From Paraphysomonas bandaiensis (Eukaryota > Protista > Chrysophyceae), in NCBI GenBank assembly GCA_965644295.1, contig CBFFRP010000525.1, forward strand, positions 1-34,578: DNA of 34,578 bases, in the 5' to 3' direction. A program made the position numbers and the translations under genes. The notes beneath the pieces are model-generated. The model was not told the origin of the DNA and did no database searches. It was given only the letters and a program-made list of their open reading frames with translations. Positions 33,744-34,578 of this stretch are shown here, in pieces; the stretch's first letter is position 1, and each line of letters opens with the position of its first letter.

Positions 33744-34578
33744 TTACCACCCGTCAAACTTTCCCTTATCGCTACGTTCTACAAAATCTTCCTTTACTGT
33801 GTTGCTCTTGCGATCAGCACTTTCATTTCCTGTTGCTATTGTACTTCTACTCTGCTCTAACTGATTTTTCATTCCGTCCTCCTGCTCATCCGTCTCACTC
33901 TCCTCTGATTGCTCTTCATCTATATCCTCATTTCCAAAATTCTCTTCCTGGTTTTCTACCCTCGATTCTTCCTCTTCGTTCTTCCGATTTCGGTCTAGTA
34001 TATCAGGAGGTAGCTCCAGTGTTATTGGTCCGAGGTATCCCTTCCTGAAATCAGCTAAAACTTTCTCCCCTGCCAGGTCCAAGTTCCCTTCAAACATCGA
34101 GTCAGCGAGATCTGATAGTGCATCCTCACCCGAGAGCTCATGGATAGGAAGTTTGTATCTCCGCTCTATTCGAGAGAGGGACACATACCCCTTACGGAGC
34201 CTATAAACCTCCTTCGCCTTGTCAAAGAACGCAGCTGCTACGGAACTTGCAGAATATGCCGCCTGTCCAATATCATTACATATAGCCAATGCAGTAGCGG
34301 CCTCTTGATCATGAAGTCGTGGAGGGATAATACCAGGTGTATCTAACAACTCCAGAGAATCTTTCGGAGACTCATCCCCAATAGAACCCATCATGCCACC
34401 TATACGAATCCACTGTATGGTCTTTGTAAAGCCCGGAATGTTACGAGATTTTGCAAGTTTCCTGCCGAGCAGTCTGTTAATCAATGAGGACTTCCCCACA
34501 TTCGGATAGCCAATCACAGCCGCTCTTGTTGCTCTTGGACGCATTCCCAATCTTCGTCGTTTCATAAGCAATGCATCT
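33744..34578 (-). CDS. RbgA/YlqF-family circularly permuted ribosome-biogenesis GTPase, 5' part outside window, probably organellar
   Basis: G1 GYPNVGKSSLIN, G2 PGFT, G3 LLDTPG, DFRKGYLG. Confidence 0.92.
   Translation of the reverse strand, partial: DALLMKRRRLGMRPRATRAAVIGYPNVGKSSLINRLLGRKLAKSRNIPGFTKTIQWIRIGGMMGSIGDESPKDSLELLDTPGIIPPRLHDQEAATALAICNDIGQAAYSASSVAAAFFDKAKEVYRLRKGYVSLSRIERRYKLPIHELSGEDALSDLADSMFEGNLDLAGEKVLADFRKGYLGPITLELPPDILDRNRKNEEEESRVENQEENFGNEDIDEEQSEESETDEQEDGMKNQLEQSRSTIATGNESADRKSNTVKEDFVERSDKGKFDGW

Overview
Eukaryotic nuclear DNA from a stramenopile: the 18S looks chrysophyte-like, and there are short GT-AG introns. The window is rich in repeats. From left to right: (1) a young, apparently intact minus-strand Ty3/Gypsy chromovirus-like LTR retrotransposon (1-7628) whose 5' LTR interrupts a 5.8S rRNA gene; (2) a rearranged orphan rDNA block (5.8S fragment, ITS1, full 18S, ~100 nt ETS, internal 28S fragment); (3) a disrupted gene fused directly to that block, encoding an RRM-like domain, a protein kinase and an IRE1/RNase L-type KEN ribonuclease; (4) a mosaic of transposon relics (TSD-flanked short repeat, pogo/Tigger deletion derivative, PIF/Harbinger, short LTR-like unit, Crypton-like fragment, shuffled M28 peptidase pieces) with two identical tRNA-Gly(GCC) genes; (5) a signal peptide-YHYH-DUF4239-like membrane fusion gene; (6) housekeeping genes for eIF2B-beta and an RbgA/YlqF GTPase. 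The strongest novelty candidates are the retrotransposon (single in-frame UGA between gag and pol, IFDN in place of YxDD, CCCH Gag finger, no tRNA PBS, insertion in 5.8S), the RRM-kinase-KEN protein (possible RNA-sensing RNase L analogue) and the YHYH-DUF4239 fusion. All domain calls come from motif recognition by eye; no database searches were run.
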